NCBI GenBank assembly: GCA_000091205.1
Contig: AP006501.2
Reading direction: 5' to 3' (one strand)
Length of the DNA stretch: 64,000 bases
DNA from: Cyanidioschyzon merolae
Taxonomy: Eukaryota
Numbering within the stretch: the stretch's first letter is position 1; each line of letters starts with the position of its first letter. Under the pieces are notes generated by a model that saw only the letters and a program-made list of their open reading frames with translations, searched no databases and was not told the origin of the DNA. Below, one piece after another: positions 19,874 through 29,809 of the stretch. A program made the translations under genes and the position numbers.

Positions 19874-21778
19874 GTGGGCAACACTGCCTCGAACGCCTGC
19901 ATGACTGCAAGCTTACTCTCTCCGGGTATACGCAGGCTTGCGTACTTCGTTTCCGTCGGAGCGCCCTTGATTACTGGTTACTTGTGGGCAGACTCTCGGA
20001 AAAAGGCCTACGGCGAGGCGAGCGTGACAAGTCATCGGTTGGAACCGTCGTACGATACCTCTGTGTTCGGAGCGTATCGCAGGTTCGCGCGCTCTGCGAT
20101 AACGGCGGCAGCGATCGTTGCCGACTATAAGCTCACGCTGGCGCGACTGCCCCCGGAAAATGAACATGACGAATTTGCTGTAACGTTGCGCGGGGAGAAA
20201 CTGGAGGCGACGCATCGGCGTGCCGCTGCAAAGATTCTCGAGCTCTGCGAGCGCAACGGTGGCATCTACATCAAGCTGGGCCAACATCTCGCGCAGATGG
20301 ATTACCTGCTTCCTGACGCTTATTGTGAGGCGCTCAGGCCACTGCTGAACGCCTGTCCGATACAGGAGTTTGCCGTGGTTGAACGGACACTATGCGAGGA
20401 CCTGCAGGTGGAGCGCCTGTCGGAGGTGTTCTCGTTCATTGAACCTACACCCGTTGCTTCAGCGAGTCTTGCGCAGGTGCATCGCGCTCGCTTGCGCACC
20501 GATTACAGGGAGCAGACGCAGCGGATGCTCTCTCCAAGAGAGCGAGCCTGGCTCGAGGAGCAGGAGCGCCTCGCACCCGAGGGGCCACTCGTCGCCGTCA
20601 AGGTGCAACATCGCGGTCTAGCGGAAGCGCTCCAGGGCGATATCGCTACGGTGCAGTTTCTCGTAAGCGCAGCCGAGCGCCTTTTCCCGGGCAACTTTGA
20701 CATGCAGTGGCTGGTAAATGAGATTCGAGAGAATCTTCCAAAGGAGCTAGACTTTGAACACGAGCTTCAAAATGGGGAGCGCTGCCGCACATATCTCGCG
20801 AGCGGCTGTGGAGCCAAGGGCCAGCGTTGCGCTCGACCACGCCTGAACGTCCTTGTGCCAACGTTTTTGACGAGTTTGTCGACGCATCGAGTACTGACCA
20901 TGTCGTACGAGACGGGAGTCGTAGCCAACGATGTTGCGGGGATTCGGCATCTCGGCCTGCGACCGCGCGACGTCGCATCCATAATCGATGACGTGTTCAC
21001 AGACCAGATTTTTTGCTTCGGTTTCGTTCATAGCGATCCGCACCCGGGAAACATTCTAGTGCGACCGAGCCAGGAAGACGCTTCAAAACCGCTGGTGGTT
21101 CTGCTGGATCACGGCTTGTATCGCGAGCTGGACGATGCTTTCCGCTTAGCATACGCTGCGCTGTGGCAAGGCATCGTTGAGGGCGATGGCGCCAGCATTC
21201 GTCGGGAAGCCCTAAGGATGGGGGTGCCCCCAGAGGACGTCGAGCTGTTTACAGCCATGTTAACTATGCGTTCATGGCAAGATGTGGTGGACCAGACCGA
21301 ACAACGAGGCGATCGCGGGCTACGTCTCTCCAATGAGCGGACGTCTGCGAACAAGCGGCGCGTGCAGGACTATGTGCGAGCCCATATCATGGCGATGAAT
21401 CGTCTGCTTGGTCGCATTCCAAGGCCCTTGCTGCTGTTACTAAAAACGAATGACTGTTTACGAGCGCTCGATCGTCGCCTCGGTGCGACGTCCCTCATGG
21501 TGGAGATGATTGCGCGAAAGACGACCGCAATACTCGCGGAGCACCAGCACACACAGTGGATGGAGCCGTTGCACGCGCAGCGGCACCAAGGGCTTGTCCG
21601 CGGCCCCATGTATTCGTTCTGGGAGCGAATACGACTATCGTGGCGCAGGGTACGTCTGGAGCTGCGTCTACTCATGTTTCGCTTGCTGGTGTGGTGGCAC
21701 CAATTGCGCAGGTCAGGAGATGCGCTTCTGCAGCGCTTCCAGGCCACGTTCCGCTCAAAAAGCCCGGATATACGCTGA
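19874..21778 (+). CDS. ABC1/ADCK (UbiB-family) atypical kinase, 634 aa
   Basis: Motifs PVASASLAQVHRA, VAVKVQHRGL, DFEHELQNGE, HSDPHPGNILV and DHGLY are characteristic of ABC1/aarF-domain kinases. Confidence 0.85.
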   Translation: MGNTASNACMTASLLSPGIRRLAYFVSVGAPLITGYLWADSRKKAYGEASVTSHRLEPSYDTSVFGAYRRFARSAITAAAIVADYKLTLARLPPENEHDEFAVTLRGEKLEATHRRAAAKILELCERNGGIYIKLGQHLAQMDYLLPDAYCEALRPLLNACPIQEFAVVERTLCEDLQVERLSEVFSFIEPTPVASASLAQVHRARLRTDYREQTQRMLSPRERAWLEEQERLAPEGPLVAVKVQHRGLAEALQGDIATVQFLVSAAERLFPGNFDMQWLVNEIRENLPKELDFEHELQNGERCRTYLASGCGAKGQRCARPRLNVLVPTFLTSLSTHRVLTMSYETGVVANDVAGIRHLGLRPRDVASIIDDVFTDQIFCFGFVHSDPHPGNILVRPSQEDASKPLVVLLDHGLYRELDDAFRLAYAALWQGIVEGDGASIRREALRMGVPPEDVELFTAMLTMRSWQDVVDQTEQRGDRGLRLSNERTSANKRRVQDYVRAHIMAMNRLLGRIPRPLLLLLKTNDCLRALDRRLGATSLMVEMIARKTTAILAEHQHTQWMEPLHAQRHQGLVRGPMYSFWERIRLSWRRVRLELRLLMFRLLVWWHQLRRSGDALLQRFQATFRSKSPDIR

Positions 21779-21859
21779 GATGCGACATCGCCGATGCAAT
21801 TCACTCCAGTTCGAGCTGAGCTTCCATGTAGGTGCTCTGTTCTCGGGTATGCGTCTAGT

Positions 21860-23281
21860 TCAAGGTGTCATCGTACGCTCAATGGTTACGGGTGATCGTA
21901 TCAATCGAACACCGAGCGTTGCGAACACAATTGCGAAACCGAAACGGAGCACCGACTCATCGACGAGCATGGCAGCTCGACTGCCGATTGCCGCACCGGT
22001 CAGCGTGCCGAGGATGACACCCGGCAGGTGGAGGAAACTCACCTGACCTCGTCGGGCGTAACCAATCCCAGCAGCAGCAGCCGGGAACACCATCGCAAAC
22101 ATGGACGTTCCGATGATCGTGCGCACGCCGTGCTTCTCTGGGTGCGCAGCTGCAGGAGCGGAGGGTACGGCGGCATCGTTACGGTCGCTTCTAGCAACCC
22201 GTTCTCTGTCCCTGTCTCGTGATGCGTACAAAAGCGCTAGTGACGGGGTGTATAGCGTGCCACCGGACACTCCGAGAAGGCCAGAGAGAAACCCGACACA
22301 GGTTCCAGTCCAGAGCAGCGCCTGGTCAACGTTTGTCGTGATAATTGCCAGCAGGCTCTGTGTCTCTTGATCAGCACGCGACCACGCACGCTGACTCGCG
22401 GGCGATCGAGAGCCTGACACTGCTGTGTGCCCTGCAGGGGCCGCATCAGACGCAGCGCAGTTCGTGGATGTATTCGAGGTACCAGTGAAGTTCGCGCCAG
22501 CAATGGGGTCTGTGGGTGCCACTGCGGAAAGCAGACGATCTCGCAACGGCACCAACGGTGCAAGCAGGATCAGTAAAATACCGAGTCCTCGCCGCAAAAG
22601 ACTCGCGTTTACTCGCTGACCAACGGCGACACCGATCGGCGCCATGATTATACTGCACACCATGAGCTGCAGCGCAGCAGGCAGGTCGACACAGCCCGCT
22701 GCCGCATAGTTGTACGCACTAGACGTTGCTGTTCCGCAGGATGCAAGCAGTGCCGTGCCCTGTGCAACTCGCTGTGGAAGATTGACGTACCGCACCAAAG
22801 CCGGAATCATGAAGATCGCGCCACCGGCACCGGCACAGGCGCCCCCGAAGCCTGCAGCGAAACCGATGGGAAACGCCGGCACCAGGTTGCGCCACCACTG
22901 CGGACGTCGCGGTGGCACTGCAGTGGTGCCAACAGCCGATGGACTCTTCGTTGCACGTGGACTGCTACCACTACTGCTGCTGATACTGCTATTAGGGCGC
23001 TTCAAACACGAACCAGAAGCCCTTGCACGGTACTCACAAAGCGTGCCTGCACCGAGTCTGGCAGCTAGAGCGTTCGACGCCGTAGCCGCGCTTCCGGAAC
23101 CTCGAAACAAACTGTGGAGAAAGCACTGCCCTGTGCGGACAGCGCAATTCCCAAGAGGATGCCTTATTACGTGCGCAAGGCAACCCGACGGCATCGAGGA
23201 ACCTAGGAACGTGGCGAGTATGCAGAGGATGCCTTCCCAGAGGCCGTGCGCATCCAGAATTTGCGGCTGCGCAATGCGCAT
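21860..23281 (-). CDS. TauE/SafE (TSUP) family membrane permease-like protein, 473 aa
   Basis: There are multiple hydrophobic helices with Gly-rich motifs (GFAAGFGGACAGAGGAIFMIPAL; LSGLLGVSGGTLYTPSLALL) typical of TSUP/TauE permeases. The N-terminal region is low complexity. Confidence 0.5.
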   Translation of the reverse strand: MRIAQPQILDAHGLWEGILCILATFLGSSMPSGCLAHVIRHPLGNCAVRTGQCFLHSLFRGSGSAATASNALAARLGAGTLCEYRARASGSCLKRPNSSISSSSGSSPRATKSPSAVGTTAVPPRRPQWWRNLVPAFPIGFAAGFGGACAGAGGAIFMIPALVRYVNLPQRVAQGTALLASCGTATSSAYNYAAAGCVDLPAALQLMVCSIIMAPIGVAVGQRVNASLLRRGLGILLILLAPLVPLRDRLLSAVAPTDPIAGANFTGTSNTSTNCAASDAAPAGHTAVSGSRSPASQRAWSRADQETQSLLAIITTNVDQALLWTGTCVGFLSGLLGVSGGTLYTPSLALLYASRDRDRERVARSDRNDAAVPSAPAAAHPEKHGVRTIIGTSMFAMVFPAAAAGIGYARRGQVSFLHLPGVILGTLTGAAIGSRAAMLVDESVLRFGFAIVFATLGVRLIRSPVTIERTMTP

Positions 23282-23307
23282 TGCGGCATCGCGATACGCG
23301 CATGCGG

Positions 23308-24300
23308 ATCGACTGATCTGGAATGCTAGTGACCTGGTATTTTATCGATTAATTGATTGATTGATCAGGTACTAGATAAACTGATGAATGGATACATGGA
23401 TCAGGTATTCGATCGATTGCTAATGTATTCGATGATTCGATTGATTGATCATGTACTAGATAAACTGATGAGTGGATACATGGATCAGGGATTCGATCGA
23501 TTGATCCAGAATGCTAGTGACCTGGTATTTTATCGATTGATTGATTGATTGATCAGGTACTAGATAAACTGATGAATGGATACATGGATCAGGTATTCGA
23601 TCGATTGCTAATGTATTCGATGATTCGATTGATTGATCATGTACTAGATAAACTGATGAGTGGATACATGGATCAGGGATTCGATCGATTGATCCAGAAT
23701 GCTAGTGACCTGGTATTTTATCGATTGATTGATTGATTGATCATGTACTAGATAAACTGATGAATGGATACATGGATCAGGAATTCGATCGATTGCTAAT
23801 GTATTCGATGATTCGATTGATTGATCATGCACTAGATAAACTGATGAATGGATACATGGATCAGGGATTCGATCGACTGATCCAGAATGCTAGTGACCTG
23901 GTATTTTATCGATTGATTGATTGATTGATCATGTACTAGATAAACTGATGAATGGATACATGGATCGGGGATTCGATCGACTGATCCAGAATGCTAGTGA
24001 CCTGGTATTTTATCGATTGATTGATTGATTCATCATGTACTAGATAAACTGATGAATGGATACATGGATCGGGGATTCGATCGGTTGATCTGGAATGCTA
24101 GTGACCTGGTATTTTATCGATTGATTGATTGATTCATCATGTACTAGATAAACTGATGAATGGATACATGGATCGGGGATTCGATCGGTTGCTAATGTAT
24201 TCGATGATTCGATTGATTGATCATGTACTAGATAAACTGATGAATGGATACATGGATCGGGGATTCGATCGACTGATAAACGATTCGGCTGATCGATTCT
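23308..24300. repeat. Tandem array of roughly 1 kb: about 5 copies of a 188-bp unit, each unit built from two related 94-bp sub-repeats, plus (TTGA)n. It sits in the divergent intergenic region between the TauE-like and MFS genes
   Basis: In-frame periodic ORFs 23357..23548, 23545..23736 and 23733..23924 start exactly 188 bp apart and have identical translations. The sub-units are tgatca[gt]gtactagataaactgatga[ag]tggatacatggatcagg.... Confidence 0.85.
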
Positions 24301-24703
24301 AGGATCGCTATACGCGAATGCCGGGTACCGGTGACCCGGAAAAGTGTTACAGTTCCTCTTCGGGTGCTTCTGCTTTCCAATAACCCCGCAGCAGCATGTC
24401 CTTCATGAAAACGTACTTGAGCGCTCTGGAAAGTCTTCGGCCGCTGTACAGAGCTGACACGGTTCAGTGGTGTCTTTGTAAGCGTCGACACGACCACAAT
24501 AGCAGTGGACAGACTCGCGTCTCGCGGACGGGCTCCAGGGCGCACACGCCAACATCCGAGACAACCCTTGAGCGGATGCGGTGCATCCACATGTCGATGC
24601 TATACAGGCGTCACCATAGGCACACGAGTTCGCGAACCACAGCGCTGCGACAGCGCTGCGGTGCACAGGGTGTCGCATCAGCGAGTGCCCTGAACAAGGA
24701 CAA

Positions 24704-26782
24704 GTGCTCAATCTGCCTTCTATGTCTCAGAGAAAGACGACGCTGTGGACTAACCTTTTTGTAACATCGCCTTTCCCGAGGACGATAGAGGTCGTTTCCA
24801 CAGTTTCCCCTAATATAGGCGCATCGCGGGTGAATCTTGCTCGATTCGTCGTTCTCCGTAGCACCACCACCACCACCACCACCACCACCACCACCACTGA
24901 GCTATCCTGCGCATCGCTGCCACAGAATCGGGCGCATCGCGACGGACGCGACGCCACGAATGCGTTGCTAGAGTTATTCTTCTTGCACTGGATGACTGTG
25001 TTGGACCTGCGGAGCCATACTGGCGAAAGTGCTGAGCGAACTGGAACCAATGAAGCTGTTGCATACTCTAGGTTGAGTGCAGAGGAAGATAAGTACGGGG
25101 TATTTGTGGATGTATCTAAGCGCGTTTCGGAGGCAAACGGGGTTCACGCGCTGAGCGCACCGCGACTGGACGAGCCGCTGAGCGCTGCTGCCGCTGCACC
25201 CGCCCCGTCCAGCAACCGTGAAGAAACGCTTCCATGCGGCGAGCCGCAGGAGAGCCACTGGCACCAGTACGTTCCGCGACGCACCGTACTCTTGTTGTAC
25301 GCACTGGTGGCCTCAGATGCATGCACGCTCATGGTAATTGGGCCCTTCTTACCTGCTTTCGTGGAGCAACGACTTGGTGTGCCGCTGCGGAACGGTGCTT
25401 CCACGGTGGGTATCATCAGTGGTGCGTACAACTTTGGGAATAGTTTGCTGGCACCACAGCTGGGAAATCTGAGCGATCACCACGGACGCAGGCCCTATTT
25501 ATTGTTCAGCGTGGTCGTTTCGGCGACGCTGACTTGTTGTTTTCCGTTCACACGGCGAGCCTGGGCAGCAGCGGCGCTGCGCTTTACCACCGGCGTGCTC
25601 AATGCGTCGAGCACTGTGAGCAAGGCCTATCTCGCGGACCTAACGAATGCTGAGCGCGGTGTGCCAGCCAGCGAGCGAGCGTTACTCTTCGGCTACTTCG
25701 GTGCGGTGTGGGCGATTGCACGAAGCACCGGCTCAGCGGTAAGTGGCGCGCTCACTGGAGTCTCACTACCTCTCCTCGGGATCGATGCGAGCGCGAATCC
25801 TTTCATTACTCCGTGCCTGGTGATGTCCACCTTCCTGGGAATGGTCTTCCTGGTGGCAGTGGTTGCCCTGCCAGAGTCACGGACGCCGACTGAGCGCCGT
25901 CCTCGACGAGCGACGGACGTTGTCGGTCTCCTACCGCGGGCTCGTGTGATTTTCGAGGTCGGCGGCCCGTCCTTGCGAAGACTGCTCCTATGTAATGCTA
26001 TTCATCAATTCTGCAACGGCGGGCTGCTCATTATCCTGGTGTTGTTTGGTTCCGAGAGCCGCCTGCGAGGCGGTATGGGGTTTGGCCCCAATGCCGTCGG
26101 CATAAGCTTCTCTTACTTTGGGCTCACTGGTGTTCTATTCCAGCTAACGTTCTTCCGTCGCGTGTTGCGACGCCTTGGTTCGCGCCGCATGTACCTGCTC
26201 GGTACAAGCCTTCTTGCGATAGGTACCTCTCTGGTGCCAGCTGCGCTGCCTCTGAGCGAAGGCGTTCGGCACCTGTTGGGCGCAGCGGCCGTTGCAGACA
26301 CGCGAGCGTCCTCCATTGGTACCCAAATGAGTGACTGGCTCCCTCTGCTGGTATTGCTAACGCCTATAGGAGGCGGTTTCATGGCCGGCTTGCCGATTCT
26401 GAATACACTGGTTGCGAACGCTGCCCCGCTCGAAGTGCAAGGGCTTGCCCAAGGGCTATCGCAGTTCTCGGGTGGTATCCTGCGGACGCTGGGCCCCGTG
26501 CTCACGGGCACTGCGTTCGGTTACCTGGCCGCACGCGCACACCTCTGGTTCAGTTTCTTTGGCCTGTCGCTTCTCTATGTGCTTTGTGGGACAATTGTTG
26601 CATCACTGCCGCCAACCATTGAGCGCAGCTACGAGGAAGCTGCTCAGATACATGCCGAAGAACAAGCACTGCGCCTAGCTGTTCGTGAGCACGACGCCGC
26701 TCCGAACGCAGCTGCGGGTGACTCGGTGCAAAAAGGCACTGTGGTTGAGGCATCTGCGACGTCAGTGCGAGTTGCCATGTAA
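24704..26782 (+). CDS. Major facilitator superfamily (MFS) transporter. The annotated first ATG gives 692 aa. The true start is more likely the Met at about 24992, downstream of a (CCA)11 tract at 24863-24897 that would encode poly-Thr
   Basis: MFS loop signature LSDHHGRRPYLL (the G-x3-D/N-R/K-x-G-R-R motif), about 12 predicted TM segments, and VIGPFLPAFVE. Confidence 0.7.
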   Translation: MLNLPSMSQRKTTLWTNLFVTSPFPRTIEVVSTVSPNIGASRVNLARFVVLRSTTTTTTTTTTTTELSCASLPQNRAHRDGRDATNALLELFFLHWMTVLDLRSHTGESAERTGTNEAVAYSRLSAEEDKYGVFVDVSKRVSEANGVHALSAPRLDEPLSAAAAAPAPSSNREETLPCGEPQESHWHQYVPRRTVLLLYALVASDACTLMVIGPFLPAFVEQRLGVPLRNGASTVGIISGAYNFGNSLLAPQLGNLSDHHGRRPYLLFSVVVSATLTCCFPFTRRAWAAAALRFTTGVLNASSTVSKAYLADLTNAERGVPASERALLFGYFGAVWAIARSTGSAVSGALTGVSLPLLGIDASANPFITPCLVMSTFLGMVFLVAVVALPESRTPTERRPRRATDVVGLLPRARVIFEVGGPSLRRLLLCNAIHQFCNGGLLIILVLFGSESRLRGGMGFGPNAVGISFSYFGLTGVLFQLTFFRRVLRRLGSRRMYLLGTSLLAIGTSLVPAALPLSEGVRHLLGAAAVADTRASSIGTQMSDWLPLLVLLTPIGGGFMAGLPILNTLVANAAPLEVQGLAQGLSQFSGGILRTLGPVLTGTAFGYLAARAHLWFSFFGLSLLYVLCGTIVASLPPTIERSYEEAAQIHAEEQALRLAVREHDAAPNAAAGDSVQKGTVVEASATSVRVAM

Positions 26783-27040
26783 AGCTCTGTGTGTATCCAG
26801 ATAGATGCAATGATCCAACGTCAATACTGATGCTTCCGTGACCCTATATTCATATAATTCTATAAACTAGGCGTACAACTTGCCAACAAACAAAGACAAT
26901 GATCCAGCGTCTTGTGCAAAAGCACGGCCTGTGCAGGCCTCCGCGCGACTAGCCATTTGGTGCACATCCAGGGATTGACGTTCTTTTGAGGTGACGCACG
27001 GTTGTGCGGATCCTCTCTCGAAAGCGAATACTTCTAGCTC

Positions 27041-28504
27041 GTGTACAAACTGGTAACTGGTATGTTTGTAGGGCCTAGCGGTGCGTTCGCTCCAGGAGTT
27101 CCCGGAGAGCGCTTGAGGCGGCAACGCCTGCGACCTGAAAAGCTACTTGGCTGTGAGCGACGGTATCGAGAGGGCTTTGCCACGTTCGAGCTTCCAACAG
27201 CAAATGCGTTCTACAGAGCCGCGTCGAAGCCAGTTCGCGACCTTGGCGTACTTGCCGCACTGGTCTGGAGCGAGGCAATAGGTGAACGTCTTCGAATAGC
27301 CGACCTCCTCGCTGGACCAAGTGCGGTGCGCGCCCTGCGCTATGCCACAGAGACTAACGCGAGAGCGGTGCTGGTGAACGATGCAATATCGGGGCCCGGT
27401 CGAACAGTGCTTGAGAGGAACACCACGGGAGTCAGCGAAGATACGGTGTGGATTCGTCGTCACGATAACCTTTTCGAACTCGCGCAAAGCGAGGAATGGA
27501 TTCACTCCTTCGACCTCATTGATCTTGATGCTTTCGGCACCGGTGCTGATGAAGTCGCCAGTGGTGTCCTGAATATGCTTCGCTGTCGGCGAATGAAGAC
27601 CGCATGGAGCGGAAACGACGACTCCGCGGCTGAGAAGGATGCAACTGCTGGAGCGCTCTTATACTGCTGCTCGACTGCATCGGTGACTGCAGCGGGTCTG
27701 AACCCCGGTAAGGCACAAAAGACGTATGGAGCGGCACTGGTGCGTCATGCGGCAGTCCATGAACAGGGTTTACGACTCCTGATCACTGTCGTTCGGAAAC
27801 ACGCCCAACAAAGCGGATTCATAGCGCAACCGTTGTTCTCATACTTCCATCGTGCTGGTGGGACGTTTCGCGTCATGTTCCGCATCCTGCAACCAAGGCA
27901 CGATGAGCTGGCGTTAGCGTCGACCGCAGCTGCGGATACAGGGCTCCTGCATCTTTGTCAGCAATGTGGGCAGCTCTGGTGTGTAACATCAACGATCAAG
28001 GATGCAGTAGCGAGCTCCGTCTGCCCGGGCTGTGGCAACGACGCCGCTGCACCACAGGTACGCACGAGTGGACCCTTCTACATGGGACCTCTTCACGACG
28101 GTGATTTCGTGGAGCGTATGCTTACCGTCAGTCGTGAAGCACCGGCCGGTCACTTCGATCGGGCAGCGATTGCAGCTCTCAAGCTCATGATTCATGAGAC
28201 GAGACTCAATGCGCATCCGTTTTATTACCGCGTGGGTGATCTAGCTCGACGAGCTCGCCGTTCTCCGCCGCCGATTTCGAAACTCATAGAGCGTCTTCAA
28301 TGGTACGAGCGTACCTATCGTGAAACCAGGCGCATGCCCGAAGCAGTTGTTCGGGCCCAGTGGCAGGCTGCTCGCGCCTCCGTGGACCCCCAAGGCGTTC
28401 GTACCGGTTTGCCGATACCGGCGATTCTCTCGGCCGTAGCGGAGGCGAGTGCCTTCCGACAGCAGCAGCAGCAGCAGCAGCAGCGTTCTCGGGCTTTGCT
28501 TTGA
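27041..28504 (+). CDS. TRM1: tRNA (guanine26-N2)-dimethyltransferase TRM1-like, 487 aa, ending in a (CAG)8-encoded poly-Gln
   Basis: Conserved blocks: FDLIDLDAFGT (cf. the D-L-D-P-[FY]-G-S SAM-binding region), LLYCCSTASVTAAG (cf. the L-C-[IV]-T-A-T-D-x-A-V-L block), and the Cys4 cluster CQQCGQLWCV...CPGCGN typical of TRM1. Confidence 0.7.
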   Translation: MYKLVTGMFVGPSGAFAPGVPGERLRRQRLRPEKLLGCERRYREGFATFELPTANAFYRAASKPVRDLGVLAALVWSEAIGERLRIADLLAGPSAVRALRYATETNARAVLVNDAISGPGRTVLERNTTGVSEDTVWIRRHDNLFELAQSEEWIHSFDLIDLDAFGTGADEVASGVLNMLRCRRMKTAWSGNDDSAAEKDATAGALLYCCSTASVTAAGLNPGKAQKTYGAALVRHAAVHEQGLRLLITVVRKHAQQSGFIAQPLFSYFHRAGGTFRVMFRILQPRHDELALASTAAADTGLLHLCQQCGQLWCVTSTIKDAVASSVCPGCGNDAAAPQVRTSGPFYMGPLHDGDFVERMLTVSREAPAGHFDRAAIAALKLMIHETRLNAHPFYYRVGDLARRARRSPPPISKLIERLQWYERTYRETRRMPEAVVRAQWQAARASVDPQGVRTGLPIPAILSAVAEASAFRQQQQQQQQRSRALL

Positions 28505-28994
28505 AACGGACAGCTCAGGCAAAAGTGCTCGCTACCCGCGGCAGCACCCATGCGCCTCTGGCTGCTGGGTGTGCACGGCAGCAGGAAGCTGGGTAAACGG
28601 AGCCGTCGCCAAGAAAACGGCAATGGCTTCACTGACGACTTGGATGGCGGTGGTGACTCCTGGCGTTGGTCACGTCGCAACTGCTGGAGCATGTTCGCCA
28701 CATCGCGCTCGTCGATGCCAAGCATGCTGCGTAGGCTCCAGATGCATGCCCCCCAGCCGTAGAGGAAGAAGCCCCAGCCAAACCCGACCTGAAGCCCACA
28801 ACCAACGCCCACGGAGAGCTGAACCGAGGGCACGTAGAAGGCTCCGAACGTCTTGCCGACGCCGACCCCACAACCCACATAAAACCCAGAACCGACACCC
28901 AGTCCCGAGAACACAGTTGTGGCCGGCTCGTCACGGTACCGTACTTGGCTAGTCATGCAACCTGCCGGTATGCAGCCCGCTCAAACACCTGCCC

Positions 28995-29375
28995 GGTACC
29001 CGCCACTACCAGTAGTTTGCGCTGATTCGTCTTGTGGTTCAAAGCCTCGGCCGAGCAGAATTTCCAAGTACCACGTGTATCCTAGGGTACTTTCCGCCAC
29101 TACCGGTAGTTTGCGCTGATTCGTCTTGTGGTTCAAAGCCTCGGCCGAACAGAGTTTCCAAGTACCACGTGTATCCTAGGGTACTTTCCGCCACTACCAG
29201 TAGTTTGCGCTGATGCGTCTTGTGGTCCAAAGCCTCGGCCGAGCAGAGCTCTCACGTACCACGTGTATCCTAGGGTACTTTCCGCCACTACCGGTAGTTT
29301 GCGCTGATTCGTCTTGTGGTTCAAAGCCTCGGCCGAGCAGAGTTTCCAAGTACAACGCTTGTTTCAAAGTACTCT
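28995..29375. repeat. Tandem array of 4 copies of a 95-bp unit (ccgccactaccagtagtttgcgctgattcgtcttgtggttcaaagcctcggccgagcagaatttccaagtaccacgtgtatcctagggtactttc). It lies about 440 bp outside the left inverted-repeat arm
   Basis: Unit starts are at about 29001, 29093, 29188 and 29282, giving 95% or higher identity between copies. Confidence 0.85.
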
Positions 29376-29809
29376 CTGTCGCTCGCTGCGCGTGCTGGCC
29401 AGGTACTAGGACATCTAGTGCATGTTGCGGTACGCGAGTTCCGTTGACAAGTGCAAGATGAATGTATTCGATCAGAGTTCATCAGGAGGTTACGCATGCG
29501 GTTTCAAAGGTGTCGCACTCATGTACTGGACCAGAGTGTACCATGAAATGGAAACCTTGCCCAAAGCAGGGCAGGGACCTCAGTTCATTCAGACGCATGC
29601 AGGATTGATGAAATCCGACAGCGTCTTTCCCTCGGGAACAGGGGCCGGCCGCAGTGTGCAGCTACGACTACGACTACTACTACAGCAGCAGCAGCTGCTG
29701 CTGCTGCTACTGCTGCATGTGCCAGTACCGCAGTAATGGAGCAGCATCGCAACTGGTGTTGACATCAACACCTCCCGGTGCCATTTCATGACAAAATGGA
29801 ATGAGTCTG

